64,000 nt of DNA from an uncultured virus (IMG/VR IMGVR_UViG_3300048930_000155) (Duplodnaviria > Heunggongvirae > Uroviricota > Caudoviricetes): the IMG/VR virus record IMGVR_UViG_3300048930_000155, positions 1 to 64,000 of that record; one strand, given 5' to 3'. The position numbers and the translations under genes were made by a program. Position 1 is the stretch's first letter; every line of letters starts with the position of its first letter. The notes beneath the pieces are model-generated. The model did no database searches, was not told the DNA's origin, and was given only the letters and a program-made list of their open reading frames with translations. Shown here in pieces: positions 48,233 to 59,094 of the stretch.

Positions 48233-49267
48233 ATGGTAAATAAACTAGGTACAGCATTAGGCGGAGCAGCTAGCGGAGCGGCTGCCGGAACAGCTATTTT
48301 ACCCGGATGGGGCACGGCAATTGGCGGGATTATCGGAGGATTAGGTGGGCTAATTAGCGGCGGGGAATCTGCTGAAGCAAAGGCTGCTAGAGAAGCCGCT
48401 GACGACATTAAAAATAACTGGGAGATAGCAACCCCCGAACAACGTCAATATGCTCTGGAGTATTATCAAAGCGTCGGACAATTTAGCCCAGAAATGGAAG
48501 CCGCCATACTTCAAGAAGCCTCAGCAGCGGAGCAAATATCGTTAGACCCGGCGTATCAACAGGCTCAGCGTGATGCTCTAGCTCGTCTCGAACTTAAACT
48601 TCAAGGTGGAGGTTTTGACTTGGAAGACGAGGCTAGAATGCTCCAAGCTCAGCGAGATGCCGCTAGGGATGCTCAAGGCAATCGCGAAGCAATTATGGCC
48701 CGTATGGCTCAGCAAGGTATGTCAGGAGCTGGACAAGAGTTGGCCATGCAGTTGCAGGCAGCTCAAGGCGCGCAAGATATGCAAGCTCAGCAGCAACTTA
48801 ATATTGCCGCAGAAGCTAACCGCAGACAAGGGCAGCTTATTCAAGATAAATTTAATTTAGCCCGTAATATGCAGCAAGATGAATATGGGCGAGATATTGG
48901 ATTAGCAGATAGGCGCGATGCGCTGTCTAGGTTTAACGTACAAACTAGACAAGACGTACAGCAGCGTAACGTTGATCGCAGTAATCAGGCACAACAGTAC
49001 GACCTTCAGTACGCCAGGGATCTTAGCAATAAAAACGTAGATCTACGTAATACATACGCACAAGATCAGCGTAATCAAAGGTTGGCCGCGGCTGCTGATA
49101 AGAACCAGGGCCTGTTAGCTAGGCATGGAATGGCTACTACTGCAGGCAAGGCACAAGATGCGACTGAAGCTGCGGCTTCAAAGGGCTGGATCGATACTAT
49201 GACTGGTGCCGGTACCGTCGCTGTAGGCGCAAAAAACGCTGGACTACTCGGCACTAAAAAAGTATAA
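48233..49267 (+). CDS. Putative DNA-ejection (pilot-like) protein
   Basis: N-terminal glycine zipper (GWGTAIGGIIGGLGG), Q/A-rich coil. Confidence 0.65.
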   Translation: MVNKLGTALGGAASGAAAGTAILPGWGTAIGGIIGGLGGLISGGESAEAKAAREAADDIKNNWEIATPEQRQYALEYYQSVGQFSPEMEAAILQEASAAEQISLDPAYQQAQRDALARLELKLQGGGFDLEDEARMLQAQRDAARDAQGNREAIMARMAQQGMSGAGQELAMQLQAAQGAQDMQAQQQLNIAAEANRRQGQLIQDKFNLARNMQQDEYGRDIGLADRRDALSRFNVQTRQDVQQRNVDRSNQAQQYDLQYARDLSNKNVDLRNTYAQDQRNQRLAAAADKNQGLLARHGMATTAGKAQDATEAAASKGWIDTMTGAGTVAVGAKNAGLLGTKKV

Positions 49268-49280
49268 TAAGGACTGATTT

Positions 49281-50933
49281 ATGAAAAAGAAGCCGTCATA
49301 TCTAGAAACCCTGTCCTCACTGTTCCCGTTATCTTCTGAACCCTTGGCTTCTAGCGCACCCGCATCTCAAGATGGCTTTATTCAAGAGGCGTTGGCAAAT
49401 ATTGCTACGGCACCGGCACAACCATCGCCCGCGCCTGTACAGCCAGATGCTCCGGCACCGGAGATAGAAACCCCAGTATCTAAGATGTTAGCGGACCTTT
49501 CTAATCTAACTACGCCAACACCTCCAGACGCTACAGAAGATACCGCAGCCAAGCCGGCCAATAAAGCCCCTGCCGAACCTAAGGCACCAGCGCTCCCCAG
49601 CTCATCAGATTCATCCCTCATGGAAGAAGAGCTTTCAGCTAAGTCTAAGCGAGACGCACGAGCGTCCGAGCTTAATAGGCTGTATCCGGTCGAACAGCCT
49701 GATAATTCTATGGCGCTGCTCACCATGCTTCGAGGAGCTGCACAAATGGGCGGCGGACTTGCTAGCAGAGTGCAGGGAGTAGATGTAAAGCCCGACGTTA
49801 GCGGAATAGATGCCGCTCAAAAAGACATTACCACAATGCAGAAAATGCTGCAAGATGCCACTAAAATGAAAATGGACCGAGATAAGTACGGCATGGATAT
49901 GCGCCTAGAGGCTGAAAAAGACGACCCTAATAGTCAAATATCCCAGACGTATCGCACAGTCGCTGAGAAAGCTGGCCTAAAGCTTAAGGGCAATGAAACT
50001 GCGCGAGCGCTAGAGGGCGTTCTTGGTAAGGGCGTGCTGGGCGGAGGCGACGGTAAATTCGTGTATATGGGCGCAGTTGAGGGCGGACACCCTGCCTGGT
50101 ATAATACCCAAACTCGACAACTATCAATTGAGCCTAACGTTAAGATGGCCGAGAAGGGCCAGCTTATGAAAGATTTGGACACAGGCGAAAATAAGATATT
50201 CCTGCCCCGCTCCAAAACTACTATCCCATTAGGGCAAAAAGCTGCACTTGATCTACCTACTGACAGACCATTAACTTACAATGAGCAAATTAGAAAAGAT
50301 TATTACGATTTAAATAGAGCACAAAAAGATAAAGTAATGGATTTCCGTGACCAAGTCACTAAGGATAAACTAGTGGCAGAGGCTAGGGATTCTTTGATGT
50401 CCGTGGACATGGCTCTATCTTTGATAGACGCAAATATTCCAGGCTCAGGCGGAGCTATCAAGCGCGGACTACTTAAGATGTTTGAGAGTGGTGGCCGCTT
50501 TACTAACGAAGACGTTCAGCAATTCGGCGGCGAGCAGAGCGCCTTAGCGCGACTTACCAGAATGGCTATTCTTGAAACTCAAGGTAAGGACTTGTCTCCA
50601 GACGATCAAAAGTACGCCAAACAGCTAGCGTTAGTTATTCAGCGAAAAACTCAGGATAAGCTCAAAGAAGCTACAAATCGTTATACAGAGGACTTAGTTA
50701 GGATTGGGGTACCAGAGCAAACTGCTGGTCGCGCCATACTTGGTGGGCTAATTGACACACCAACGTTATGGATTGATCCTAAAACCAAAAGAAAAGTAGC
50801 AGTATCTAATGCGCAGTCTGCGGCGGCTTTAAGTAAAGGCCTTCTCCCGCCTTGGCACGCCGAAGAGGCGAATTTACAGACAGAATTAACTAAATACGAA
50901 GAGGCTGCCGCTAAAGCAGCTAAAGGTAAATAG
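49281..50933 (+). CDS. Putative internal virion protein
   Basis: Large helical ORF in the ejection cluster. Confidence 0.6.
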   Translation: MKKKPSYLETLSSLFPLSSEPLASSAPASQDGFIQEALANIATAPAQPSPAPVQPDAPAPEIETPVSKMLADLSNLTTPTPPDATEDTAAKPANKAPAEPKAPALPSSSDSSLMEEELSAKSKRDARASELNRLYPVEQPDNSMALLTMLRGAAQMGGGLASRVQGVDVKPDVSGIDAAQKDITTMQKMLQDATKMKMDRDKYGMDMRLEAEKDDPNSQISQTYRTVAEKAGLKLKGNETARALEGVLGKGVLGGGDGKFVYMGAVEGGHPAWYNTQTRQLSIEPNVKMAEKGQLMKDLDTGENKIFLPRSKTTIPLGQKAALDLPTDRPLTYNEQIRKDYYDLNRAQKDKVMDFRDQVTKDKLVAEARDSLMSVDMALSLIDANIPGSGGAIKRGLLKMFESGGRFTNEDVQQFGGEQSALARLTRMAILETQGKDLSPDDQKYAKQLALVIQRKTQDKLKEATNRYTEDLVRIGVPEQTAGRAILGGLIDTPTLWIDPKTKRKVAVSNAQSAAALSKGLLPPWHAEEANLQTELTKYEEAAAKAAKGK

Positions 50934-50939
50934 TAACTT

Positions 50940-53426
50940 ATGGCTAAAGACGACGTAGTTGACTTTGAAGATTTCTTAGCAGAGCAGGGCGAGTCATCGC
51001 CTGAAGGCTCAGATAATTCACAAGCTGCGTTGCTAGGCTCTTCCCCACAGGCACTAAAAGCCGGCGTAGAAGAAGGTAAGAAGCTACAGGCGGAGGCATT
51101 TGCAAACCAACTAGCAGCCGAAAATCTTACTAAAAAAGAAACTCCTGCTGATCTATTAGGAGGTGCTATCAAGACTGGGGCCGCTGCCGGACTAGGCGCC
51201 GCTGAAGGCTTAACCTATGACCTACTGGATGACGCTTTAGGCTTAATGCCAGGAGTAGACTCTAAGGACTTTAGACGAGCTTTTGACGAGCTGTATGAAT
51301 CTAGCCCAAAAGCCTACACCGCTGGTAAAATATTAGGCACAGTCGCCCCCATGGCAATATCGCCAGTAGGTGCCGCGCCAGCAGCCCTCTCAAGATTACC
51401 AATGCTATCCAAAGCAGCGCAACTAGCCTACGCCCCCGCCACTAAAGCAGTACAGGCTGCAGCTAAGACTAAGGACCTGGGATACTTTGGTAGATTGCTA
51501 GGCTCGTCCGGCGACATTGCGACGGCTACAGCCCTGTCTGCTGCCGGTAGGACAGAAGGAGATAAGTTAGATGCCGTAAGCGAAGCTTTATCTTCCCCTG
51601 CCCATATCCTTCCTCAATTAGCTAACGTCCCGTTACAGACTACGCCCGCATTATTGAATCTACTGTCTAAGACTAGTCCAGCTCAGAGCGCTAAGTTTGG
51701 TAAAGAATTTACAAAGACTACCGGACTTATGCCAGGTTCTAGAGAAGGTCGCGAACTAGCGCTATCTGAAATTCAACAAGTAGCGCGAGAAATTGGCGAA
51801 CCCTTAACCGCAGCCGCTGCAGCTAAGAAGCAGCAAGCATACGCAGGCCTGATGAAATCTGCAAATGAAATCTTAGAATTAACTTCAGCAGCTAAGTCTA
51901 AAAGCGCTAAAGAAATAGATACCATTGTTCGTCAAATGGCAGCGTCCGACAGTCCGACAGATATTTCTAAGCTAGCGGACAAAGTTCGTAAAATAGCAGA
52001 AAAATTTGATATGTCTCCAGACGAAGCACCAATTGCAGCTAAAGTCATGAAAATGGTAGATGATCTTTCTATAGTCAAGCCTGAGGCGAAACTAACTAGG
52101 ACTGAGGCGCTAACTAGAAAACTAGATCCAGAGACTGGCCTTCCAGTAGACACTACTAAAACTACCTTACGAAGTAAGGACGTGGACGTAAGTTCTGAAG
52201 ACTTGCAGAAGCTCTTGGACGATACTAAGGCTATGCAGTCTAAACAAGGACAGACTGCCCAAGGACTTACAGAAGGCCCTGCTGGAACAACAGAGACGGT
52301 GAGTCGTACTGATGAGCTTACTATACCTGCCGTCACTAGAACTGAAGCTCCTATTAAAGACTTATACAAAATACATAAGGCACTGTCAGACAAAGTTCAA
52401 ATGACTAGCGACCCGGCTACACAGCTTGGATTTAAAAAGATGTTGGCTGAAGTTGAGGGTGCCATGCTGAACGAAAGCACAGCTAAGCAGTTCCTAGAAA
52501 GTCGAAAACTTTACGCTAAACAGGCACAGCTAGGTAGGACCGCTAAAGATACTGAATTAACTGAGTCGGTAGTTAGTCCTCAATTCACTGACTGGCTCGC
52601 TAATTTGTCAGACCAGACTCGCTCAGGAGCGCAAACAGAGCGCGTAAACGTTGAAGCGCTATTAAAGTCAGTTTCTGACCAACCTACTGCACAACGAGTT
52701 TTGGCTGAAAGCGAAGCTTCAGGAAAAGCCTTTAAGCAAGCAGAGGCTATACGCAATAAGTTCTTAGATGCGTCTTCCTCTGTGCCTGGACGAGAGTTCA
52801 GAGGGATAGAGGCGGCTATAGGTACGGCAGACCCTACTAATATGGGCCTCCGTTCTACAGAACAAGGAAAAGATTTACAAGCAGCGGCAGAATTTCTAGC
52901 TCCTGGTCTTACGACTGAGAAGACGCCTAAAATTGAGCGTGCCGGCAAACTAGGTAAAATGCTAAACTTGACAGCAGAGCCGGATACTAATTTTGCATCT
53001 GGAGGGGTTACTGGAACCGTAATGAAATTGGCTCAGTCAGAGGGCGGCGGTATTTCTGGTATTCCATATACCCTAGGCGGATTAGCACAAAAAGCCGAGG
53101 ACATCGCAGTAAAGACGCCCGCAGGCATCGTTAAGTCGGCCGCTAAGACATTCTCCGATTTACCTGACGAACAGTTAATGGCTAAGTCTGAGGAACTTAT
53201 TAGAAAAGGCTATAAAGGCTTAGGCGCCCTAGCTAAGTCCGCAATTGGCCCAACTAACATCAGCCGGAATGCTGCCCTATTCATGCTTAGCCAAGATCCT
53301 GGTCTAAAGTCAGAATATGCAAGAGCATTAGAGGCGGGAGATTTAGAGTCATCAGACGTCACTTCGTTTGATAATATGGACGCTATACCTTTTGACCAAT
53401 TTGATAAGGATAATTCTGACAAGTAA
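50940..53426 (+). CDS. Large putative internal virion protein
   Basis: 828 aa, Ala/Lys-rich; GAAEGLTYDL.D motif. Confidence 0.6.
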   Translation: MAKDDVVDFEDFLAEQGESSPEGSDNSQAALLGSSPQALKAGVEEGKKLQAEAFANQLAAENLTKKETPADLLGGAIKTGAAAGLGAAEGLTYDLLDDALGLMPGVDSKDFRRAFDELYESSPKAYTAGKILGTVAPMAISPVGAAPAALSRLPMLSKAAQLAYAPATKAVQAAAKTKDLGYFGRLLGSSGDIATATALSAAGRTEGDKLDAVSEALSSPAHILPQLANVPLQTTPALLNLLSKTSPAQSAKFGKEFTKTTGLMPGSREGRELALSEIQQVAREIGEPLTAAAAAKKQQAYAGLMKSANEILELTSAAKSKSAKEIDTIVRQMAASDSPTDISKLADKVRKIAEKFDMSPDEAPIAAKVMKMVDDLSIVKPEAKLTRTEALTRKLDPETGLPVDTTKTTLRSKDVDVSSEDLQKLLDDTKAMQSKQGQTAQGLTEGPAGTTETVSRTDELTIPAVTRTEAPIKDLYKIHKALSDKVQMTSDPATQLGFKKMLAEVEGAMLNESTAKQFLESRKLYAKQAQLGRTAKDTELTESVVSPQFTDWLANLSDQTRSGAQTERVNVEALLKSVSDQPTAQRVLAESEASGKAFKQAEAIRNKFLDASSSVPGREFRGIEAAIGTADPTNMGLRSTEQGKDLQAAAEFLAPGLTTEKTPKIERAGKLGKMLNLTAEPDTNFASGGVTGTVMKLAQSEGGGISGIPYTLGGLAQKAEDIAVKTPAGIVKSAAKTFSDLPDEQLMAKSEELIRKGYKGLGALAKSAIGPTNISRNAALFMLSQDPGLKSEYARALEAGDLESSDVTSFDNMDAIPFDQFDKDNSDK

Positions 53427-53436
53427 TAGGTGATTT

Positions 53437-53739
53437 ATGGACGATAAATTCAATAGGATTAATGCTAAGCTAGATAAGATCGATGAGCGGCTAGATAAAG
53501 TTGAGCAAGTCCTTGTCCGTAATACTACCATTATGGAAGAGCATCACAGACGCAGTACCACTCTTGAGACGCACGTATCTAAAATTGAAGGCAGATTCTA
53601 TAAAGAACTGGGGCCTATTAAAAAACACGTGGACATGGTGTCGTATGGAGTTAAAGGTATTATGTGGGTATTCGCTGGCATATCAGCAAGTATAGGATTA
53701 CTGCTGGCGCTTAGACAATTAGGTATCGTCCTCTTCTAA
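53437..53739 (+). CDS. Coiled-coil protein with C-terminal TM (XhlA/holin-like)
   Basis: KLDKIDERLDKVE heptads, hydrophobic C-terminus. Confidence 0.6.
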   Translation: MDDKFNRINAKLDKIDERLDKVEQVLVRNTTIMEEHHRRSTTLETHVSKIEGRFYKELGPIKKHVDMVSYGVKGIMWVFAGISASIGLLLALRQLGIVLF

Positions 53740-54210
53740 ATTACGCTTAATCATAATAGCTTCTAAAACAGCATCCTCGTATTCCCCTGGATGCATAGTG
53801 CTCATATATTCAGAATCTAAGATGGACGCCAGAGCCTGGGGATTTTCGGTATTTACAATAGCATTCATAGCCTTAGCTTTGGTAAACATACATCTATTTC
53901 TAGCGTTATTCGTGCCCCACAGCTCTCGTTTAGCTTTCTTACTCTTGTAGAATTTTTTACCTTTGTGCTGGAAATTAGTGATTACTGTCTCTTCGAGAAA
54001 AGCATTAAGCCACGCCTTATCTTTATCGCTAAGCTTATCAATATAGTCAGTTTCTAACTGGTCTAGTCTAGTCTTTACCTGCCGCTTAAAGTTGAGTGCG
54101 GCGTATTTTTCTCTGTGACGAGGAATGACTTGTTTATCAGTATCTAGCTTAGTCTTGGACTTTAGCTTTAGTTTTCGTTTTTGCTTTGTTGGAGCCGCTT
54201 TTTTTGCCAT
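53719..54210 (-). CDS. Hypothetical basic protein
   Basis: Start corrected to MAKKAAP; DYIDKLS..DKAWLNAF.EE. Confidence 0.75.
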   Translation of the reverse strand: MAKKAAPTKQKRKLKLKSKTKLDTDKQVIPRHREKYAALNFKRQVKTRLDQLETDYIDKLSDKDKAWLNAFLEETVITNFQHKGKKFYKSKKAKRELWGTNNARNRCMFTKAKAMNAIVNTENPQALASILDSEYMSTMHPGEYEDAVLEAIMIKRNLEEDDT

Positions 54211-54622
54211 TGCTTTTCTTCCTGAAAAATCTCGTATCCATGTACATACTGTATGTACTTGGTAGACCAACCGTCGTGGGGTCTAAGTATGTAAATATTA
54301 TAGCACCTGATACCTTGCTTGTAAAGTAATTTCTAAACAATTTAAAGAACTTTCTCATTGGAATAGGGTCTTTAGCTTTACTAGCGTATATCTGATAAAT
54401 AAGCCTGAGCGGAACGGCGCGAGTACCCTCTACAATGTCATTATCGTAGATAAAGGCCTTGACTTGGCGCTCCTCATAAGACAGCTCAGAATCGTTTATA
54501 GGGCCGTCCGACAGCGCGGCGGCTAGTAGGGGCCCTAGGTCTACAGAAGTCTCAATGGCGAGGCTTATAGGCTGTCTAGCGACCTCTATAAGCTCAGCTA
54601 TAGTCTTCTTGTGCTTGCCCAT
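54149..54622 (-). CDS. Hypothetical protein
   Basis: Start probably MGKHKK. Confidence 0.7.
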   Translation of the reverse strand: MGKHKKTIAELIEVARQPISLAIETSVDLGPLLAAALSDGPINDSELSYEERQVKAFIYDNDIVEGTRAVPLRLIYQIYASKAKDPIPMRKFFKLFRNYFTSKVSGAIIFTYLDPTTVGLPSTYSMYMDTRFFRKKSNGKKSGSNKAKTKTKAKVQD

Positions 54623-54623
54623 A

Positions 54624-55046
54624 TTATTTAGTAGCTTGATTAACCCCAAACGCTAGGGCAGTAGTCAATAAGGCACCTAAGCCAAAATACAGGGTAGTCT
54701 TCCAGAAATTAGAGTCTTTGGATTGTTGAAGCTGCTTAGATAGTTCAGAAGACTGCTCCTGCCACATTTTAGACTGCTCCCTAATAAGCTCCATTTCCCG
54801 ATCTTTAAGGGCCATGAGTTTGATATTAGTCTCATCTAAGGTCTTGTAGTAGCGGAGGGATTCGGAATCTTGACGAGCTTCTTTTTCTTTATCTGGGCTA
54901 AATAAGTAGCCGGTGAAGGGGGCCGCCTGACCTTTTTCTACGAACTGGACCTGGGCCGTAGTCGGCGCCGCAATAGCAATCGCGGCCACGAACGCTAATA
55001 ACCTATAGGACATATTAAGCTTAGATTTGAATGTACTATAAGACAT
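54624..55046 (-). CDS. Exported coiled-coil protein with C-terminal TM
   Basis: Signal peptide, KGQAAPFTGYL motif, coil, hydrophobic C-terminus; the true start may be the second Met. Confidence 0.7.
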   Translation of the reverse strand: MSYSTFKSKLNMSYRLLAFVAAIAIAAPTTAQVQFVEKGQAAPFTGYLFSPDKEKEARQDSESLRYYKTLDETNIKLMALKDREMELIREQSKMWQEQSSELSKQLQQSKDSNFWKTTLYFGLGALLTTALAFGVNQATK

Positions 55047-55048
55047 AG

Positions 55049-55330
55049 TTATTTCTTCTTATTCCAGAAGTCTTCTACTTCCTTAGAGCTAAGATCTTCT
55101 GCCGGCTTATTGCCAGCTTCCCTAAGCTTATCAGCCTCAGACTGCAGTCCAGCCTCATTATCTTTAAGCCCACCGATCTTAGCATCGATTACCGCAGAAT
55201 CCTGCCCCGTCTTGACTAACCCGAGCTTAGCCAGTAAACCCCTAGTAAAGTATTGTCTGAGCAAGATTAGTCCCAGGATAGCGCTAAGAATAGTTACAAT
55301 TACTTTCCACGATTTCTTTAAAAATGACAT
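55049..55330 (-). CDS. N-anchored membrane protein with coil (i-spanin-like topology)
   Basis: N-terminal TM followed by a helical domain; function is a guess. Confidence 0.6.
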   Translation of the reverse strand: MSFLKKSWKVIVTILSAILGLILLRQYFTRGLLAKLGLVKTGQDSAVIDAKIGGLKDNEAGLQSEADKLREAGNKPAEDLSSKEVEDFWNKKK

Positions 55331-56037
55331 TAAATAGTCTCCCCTAATTTACTAAGTTTTTCTAAAACTGTAAACGGCGTAAATGCCGTATTAGCTACTT
55401 CGATCTTATAGACCCCGTGATGCTTAGCTACTGCTAGAGCTATAGCCAGAGCGTCAGTTATATCATGTGGAAGCTGTCTCTCTTTTAAATTAATATTGCT
55501 TTTGATATTTTCCGGCACTGATATAAACTTCTTAACGTAATTAGCAGTAGGAATCTTATAGTCTCGTTTAGAGCCTACTGTAACGCTTTTAATGCCTAAT
55601 ATAGCTCGCCAGGCTGACGGGCCTAGTTCTTGATAGATTACCTCTTTTTCATCGGCGGCCATGCTTATAAGAGCGTTGATAGTCGGAACTACAGCGGAAC
55701 CCATTGGCAGCTTAGGATTCATAAAGAATGACTCTGTAACAACTACGTGAGGAATTATGTGATCGGTGCCGTCTAATAGAATGCCGGCGGCCTTTAGCAT
55801 ATAACGATAGCGCTGAGCCTTAGACCAGGAATCCTTAGTCCACAGCATGCCTGTAGCTACTACGTACATTTCTTTAGCGTCTAGATCTAATTGGACTAAA
55901 ACCCACGCTAAGTGGCTGGAGCTAGGGTCTACTAATAGAAACCCGTGCTTACCTTCGGTATATGTAATGGGGAACTTAATATTAGTCTTAGCGAGAACGG
56001 CATTAGACTTCTTTTTAGTTTGTTTTCGTTTGGCCAT
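55330..56037 (-). CDS. ruvC: RuvC-like Holliday junction resolvase
   Basis: LLVDPS, VVTE, PSAWR, HDITDALAIA acidic motifs. Confidence 0.8.
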   Translation of the reverse strand: MAKRKQTKKKSNAVLAKTNIKFPITYTEGKHGFLLVDPSSSHLAWVLVQLDLDAKEMYVVATGMLWTKDSWSKAQRYRYMLKAAGILLDGTDHIIPHVVVTESFFMNPKLPMGSAVVPTINALISMAADEKEVIYQELGPSAWRAILGIKSVTVGSKRDYKIPTANYVKKFISVPENIKSNINLKERQLPHDITDALAIALAVAKHHGVYKIEVANTAFTPFTVLEKLSKLGETI

Positions 56038-56332
56038 GCTTATTAGTCTTCCTATATGTACACTCGGTATTACTGCATAATACCAAAGTTCTAGTACCTA
56101 AGTCAACGTGCTTTAGTTTATTCGCACACTTAGGACACTTAGGTTCGGAAGAGTATTGCATATCATGATATGTGATATCGTCTAGAACGGTAGACGCCAT
56201 ATCTACTGCTTTTTGTAGTTCTTTATCTGAGCGGGCTAGCTGCTTACGGAGTTGTCTATTCTCGGCCTCTAGAGATCTAATAACTCCGCGTAAGTGTTCT
56301 AGCTCGCTACGAGTTTTAGGTCGCTTGCCCAT
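56015..56332 (-). CDS. Coiled-coil plus Zn-ribbon protein
   Basis: CPKC...CSNTEC. Confidence 0.7.
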   Translation of the reverse strand: MGKRPKTRSELEHLRGVIRSLEAENRQLRKQLARSDKELQKAVDMASTVLDDITYHDMQYSSEPKCPKCANKLKHVDLGTRTLVLCSNTECTYRKTNKHGQTKTN

Positions 56333-56966
56333 CGGTTAATTTAGAAATAGCGGCTATTACATCTGCTTCAAATTGAAGTAGAGTTGAATTGTTTATGATT
56401 GTAATATCTACAGCCTTAGGTTCGAATTGTTCAGAAGCGTGCGAGTCGGAATTTACTAGCCCTGGGCGTTTTATCATCATTAGCTTACCGCCCAGCTTGT
56501 TTACAATATAGTCGGCCTCATTCTGAAAGCGCACGTCGTGGATTGCGTATTTACCGTCGAACTGTATTTGGGAAGCTATGGCCTTTAGCCAATAGTCTTG
56601 GTCAACGCAATCTCGGACTAGTTCAGAGCCTAACACTTGAAGTAACTGGCGTGGAGTAGACGTGTTTTTAGGGCCGTTATAAAGCCCCACAGCCTCTTCA
56701 ATTACAGAGGGGTGTATTTGCATATACCGATCACTTAGCGCCCAAAGGTAAGCCTTTAAAGCAGTATTAGAGAGGTTTACAGGTACATTAGCTGTTTCCT
56801 TTGTCGCGGGATCGTGGAGTATGTCTAAGCTAATGTCGAATACGTCAGCCGCAGCTTGCTTTATGGCGTCCGCAAAGGCCAAAGGTTTATAGCCCTTATT
56901 AGTGAGCAGTCTAGCCGCCGTAGTTTTACCTGAGCCTTTTTTTCCGATTAAACCTATAATAGTCAT
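56316..56966 (-). CDS. Deoxynucleoside monophosphate kinase
   Basis: GKKGSGKT, FADAIK, TPRQLLQ.LG.E, DVRFQNE, HASE. Confidence 0.92.
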   Translation of the reverse strand: MTIIGLIGKKGSGKTTAARLLTNKGYKPLAFADAIKQAAADVFDISLDILHDPATKETANVPVNLSNTALKAYLWALSDRYMQIHPSVIEEAVGLYNGPKNTSTPRQLLQVLGSELVRDCVDQDYWLKAIASQIQFDGKYAIHDVRFQNEADYIVNKLGGKLMMIKRPGLVNSDSHASEQFEPKAVDITIINNSTLLQFEADVIAAISKLTDGQAT

Positions 56967-57322
56967 TTTGCCTCCAGCTTATATGGCTCAAGCGCCGAGT
57001 AAATAAGATTAGCCTTGTGGTAAAATTTTACAAAGTTAGCTCCGATCCACGAAGCTATAATCTCTTCTACGTCTTCTATTTTAGGCTGAACTACAGAATC
57101 TAAGTGTAGGTTTTTAAAGTAGGCGTGCATAAGCTCGTGGCCGCATATTGCCAAAGTGACTGCGTCGTCCCTAAAGTCTATGGTACATTCTTCAATATCA
57201 GTAATTGCGTTACTATCGTTACCGTGTAGTTTTTCATAGACCTTAGCTGGCCACAACTGACACGTCCACATTTCTTCGTTTACCTGTAACTTAATAGAGG
57301 TCTTTGGTTTTCTTTTGGCCAT
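56963..57322 (-). CDS. HExxH metallopeptidase-like protein
   Basis: HELMHA followed by a downstream EE. Confidence 0.65.
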   Translation of the reverse strand: MAKRKPKTSIKLQVNEEMWTCQLWPAKVYEKLHGNDSNAITDIEECTIDFRDDAVTLAICGHELMHAYFKNLHLDSVVQPKIEDVEEIIASWIGANFVKFYHKANLIYSALEPYKLEAK

Positions 57323-57354
57323 AATATTAGTTTACCTAAAAATGGGCTAAAAGT

Positions 57355-58662
57355 CTAACCACGCCACTCGCCTTTAATAACGTTAATTAATTGCCTAGAG
57401 CCATTCTCATACACTAGGCACATAGTATGCATCCACGAACTTGGACCTTTATTATAATTAAGCTTAAGGTAGGAACTGGTACCTACTACCCAAGCGCCTC
57501 GCTGAATTTCTGGGGAATGCGTATGCCCGCTTACTGAAAGTAAGTAGGCCTTTTCTAGGGATATAGTAGACCCTCTAGCGCCATTAGATCCTAAGTGACC
57601 GTGCATGCCGCACTCTATCTGTTTCTTAGTAATCTTAAAGGATTCCTCTGAGCTGAGAAATTTAGTCTTCTTTAGCCTCTGGTACTTAGCCACCCCGTAT
57701 TCGAGAGGGTCGCTACCCCTAGCTTTAGCTAAAGCTAGCTCCAGACCGAGCACGTGATTTTGCGAGTCCTCTAAATAATTACCTGCCTCTAACCATCTAT
57801 CCAAAAATTCATCGTGATTACTCTTAACTACTACGAGTTTTTTCTTAGGTAATTTCTCTAACTCAGCCAGCTCGATAGCAGTATTATGTAACTCAGAGGC
57901 CAAGCTATTCTGGGAGCCTAGTAATGCCTTCATAAGAAGCTTATGCTCTATATGATGGTTTACAGAAATACCGTCAAATAAATCGTGCATAAAGAGATAA
58001 TCAGGCTTAAACCTGTGCATAATCTCTTTGACTATGCGTTTAACTTTAGGATCGGTGTATCCGGTGTGCCAGTCCCCAGGAATTAAAGCTGCCACATTAG
58101 CCTCGAGTACTTTACCATCAGGCGTATAAGTTTTAGCTAAGTCTATGAAACTACCGTCTCTACTAGCCTGTACTTGTCTAAAATGATATAGCGATGATCC
58201 CTTTACCTCTACAATTATAGCTCCGATTACGTGATCTAAATTTGCGATTAAAGATCTTTTAGAGCGTTTTTTGTGAGGCCGCGTTACCGCTCCAGGAGTC
58301 ATTAGTACTCTAGGAAGTTCGTTGCTAGGAGATGCCACGGACTTTAATCTTTGCTTAGGGGACGAGTATATTACGCTAGTGTCGATTCCAGATAATCGTT
58401 CTAACCCTGATATAGGATCTGGCTGTTCAGCTCCTACGGGGATAGTAGACAGCATTAATTTTGAGTTTAGCGACAAGTCCTCTGTTACTACAGTACCGTA
58501 GGTCTTAAGCTTTGGATCTAGCGTGTCCTTTTTAGCCAGCGGAGGCGTGGGCAGGATAAGGAGCTTTGCCTTATTTCTAGCACAGTAATTTTTAATAGCG
58601 GATAAAAATCCATCATGAGCTGCGCAGCCCGGCACCGCCGACGCAATTACGTATCGCTTCAT
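57355..58662 (-). CDS. Calcineurin-like metallophosphoesterase
   Basis: GDWH, HDLFDG, SNHD, HGH, GHTH. Confidence 0.82.
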   Translation of the reverse strand: MKRYVIASAVPGCAAHDGFLSAIKNYCARNKAKLLILPTPPLAKKDTLDPKLKTYGTVVTEDLSLNSKLMLSTIPVGAEQPDPISGLERLSGIDTSVIYSSPKQRLKSVASPSNELPRVLMTPGAVTRPHKKRSKRSLIANLDHVIGAIIVEVKGSSLYHFRQVQASRDGSFIDLAKTYTPDGKVLEANVAALIPGDWHTGYTDPKVKRIVKEIMHRFKPDYLFMHDLFDGISVNHHIEHKLLMKALLGSQNSLASELHNTAIELAELEKLPKKKLVVVKSNHDEFLDRWLEAGNYLEDSQNHVLGLELALAKARGSDPLEYGVAKYQRLKKTKFLSSEESFKITKKQIECGMHGHLGSNGARGSTISLEKAYLLSVSGHTHSPEIQRGAWVVGTSSYLKLNYNKGPSSWMHTMCLVYENGSRQLINVIKGEWRG

Positions 58663-59093
58663 TTACTAAATCTCCTTCTAGCTGTGATAGCTCTTCTACT
58701 AGATTCTGAAAAAGTTACCCATTCCATGTTACCTATAGTATAGCCTAAATCTGGGTTAAGTCTATAGGCCACGGGTGCGAGCTTGATATTCCTATTACTG
58801 CCTATATACTCGTTGAATAGTTTTAAGAATTGCGGATCTGATTTTGCCCACGCTTTAAATTTAGGAAACGCTACAACGGCAAGACCTTTAAATAGTTTAG
58901 GAGTTGAGCAATATTTGCCCAGTACCCTATCGCGCATTCGGCTATGAATTCTGTATATTAAGTTATCGGCCGTTCTTCTATAATCCTCATTACGTTGTCC
59001 ATTCTTTCTACGCCATTTTTTACCGTAACAGGATCTACATAGGCCTTTAATAAGATGTCTTTTATTATTACATCTAGAACTGGTACACTTCAT
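58659..59093 (-). CDS. Degenerate HNH-like endonuclease
   Basis: C-x4-C...GLC..CY; ..R.NPDLGYTIGNMEWVT pattern with altered catalytic residues; start MKCTSS. Confidence 0.55.
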   Translation of the reverse strand: MKCTSSRCNNKRHLIKGLCRSCYGKKWRRKNGQRNEDYRRTADNLIYRIHSRMRDRVLGKYCSTPKLFKGLAVVAFPKFKAWAKSDPQFLKLFNEYIGSNRNIKLAPVAYRLNPDLGYTIGNMEWVTFSESSRRAITARRRFSK

Positions 59094-59094
59094 G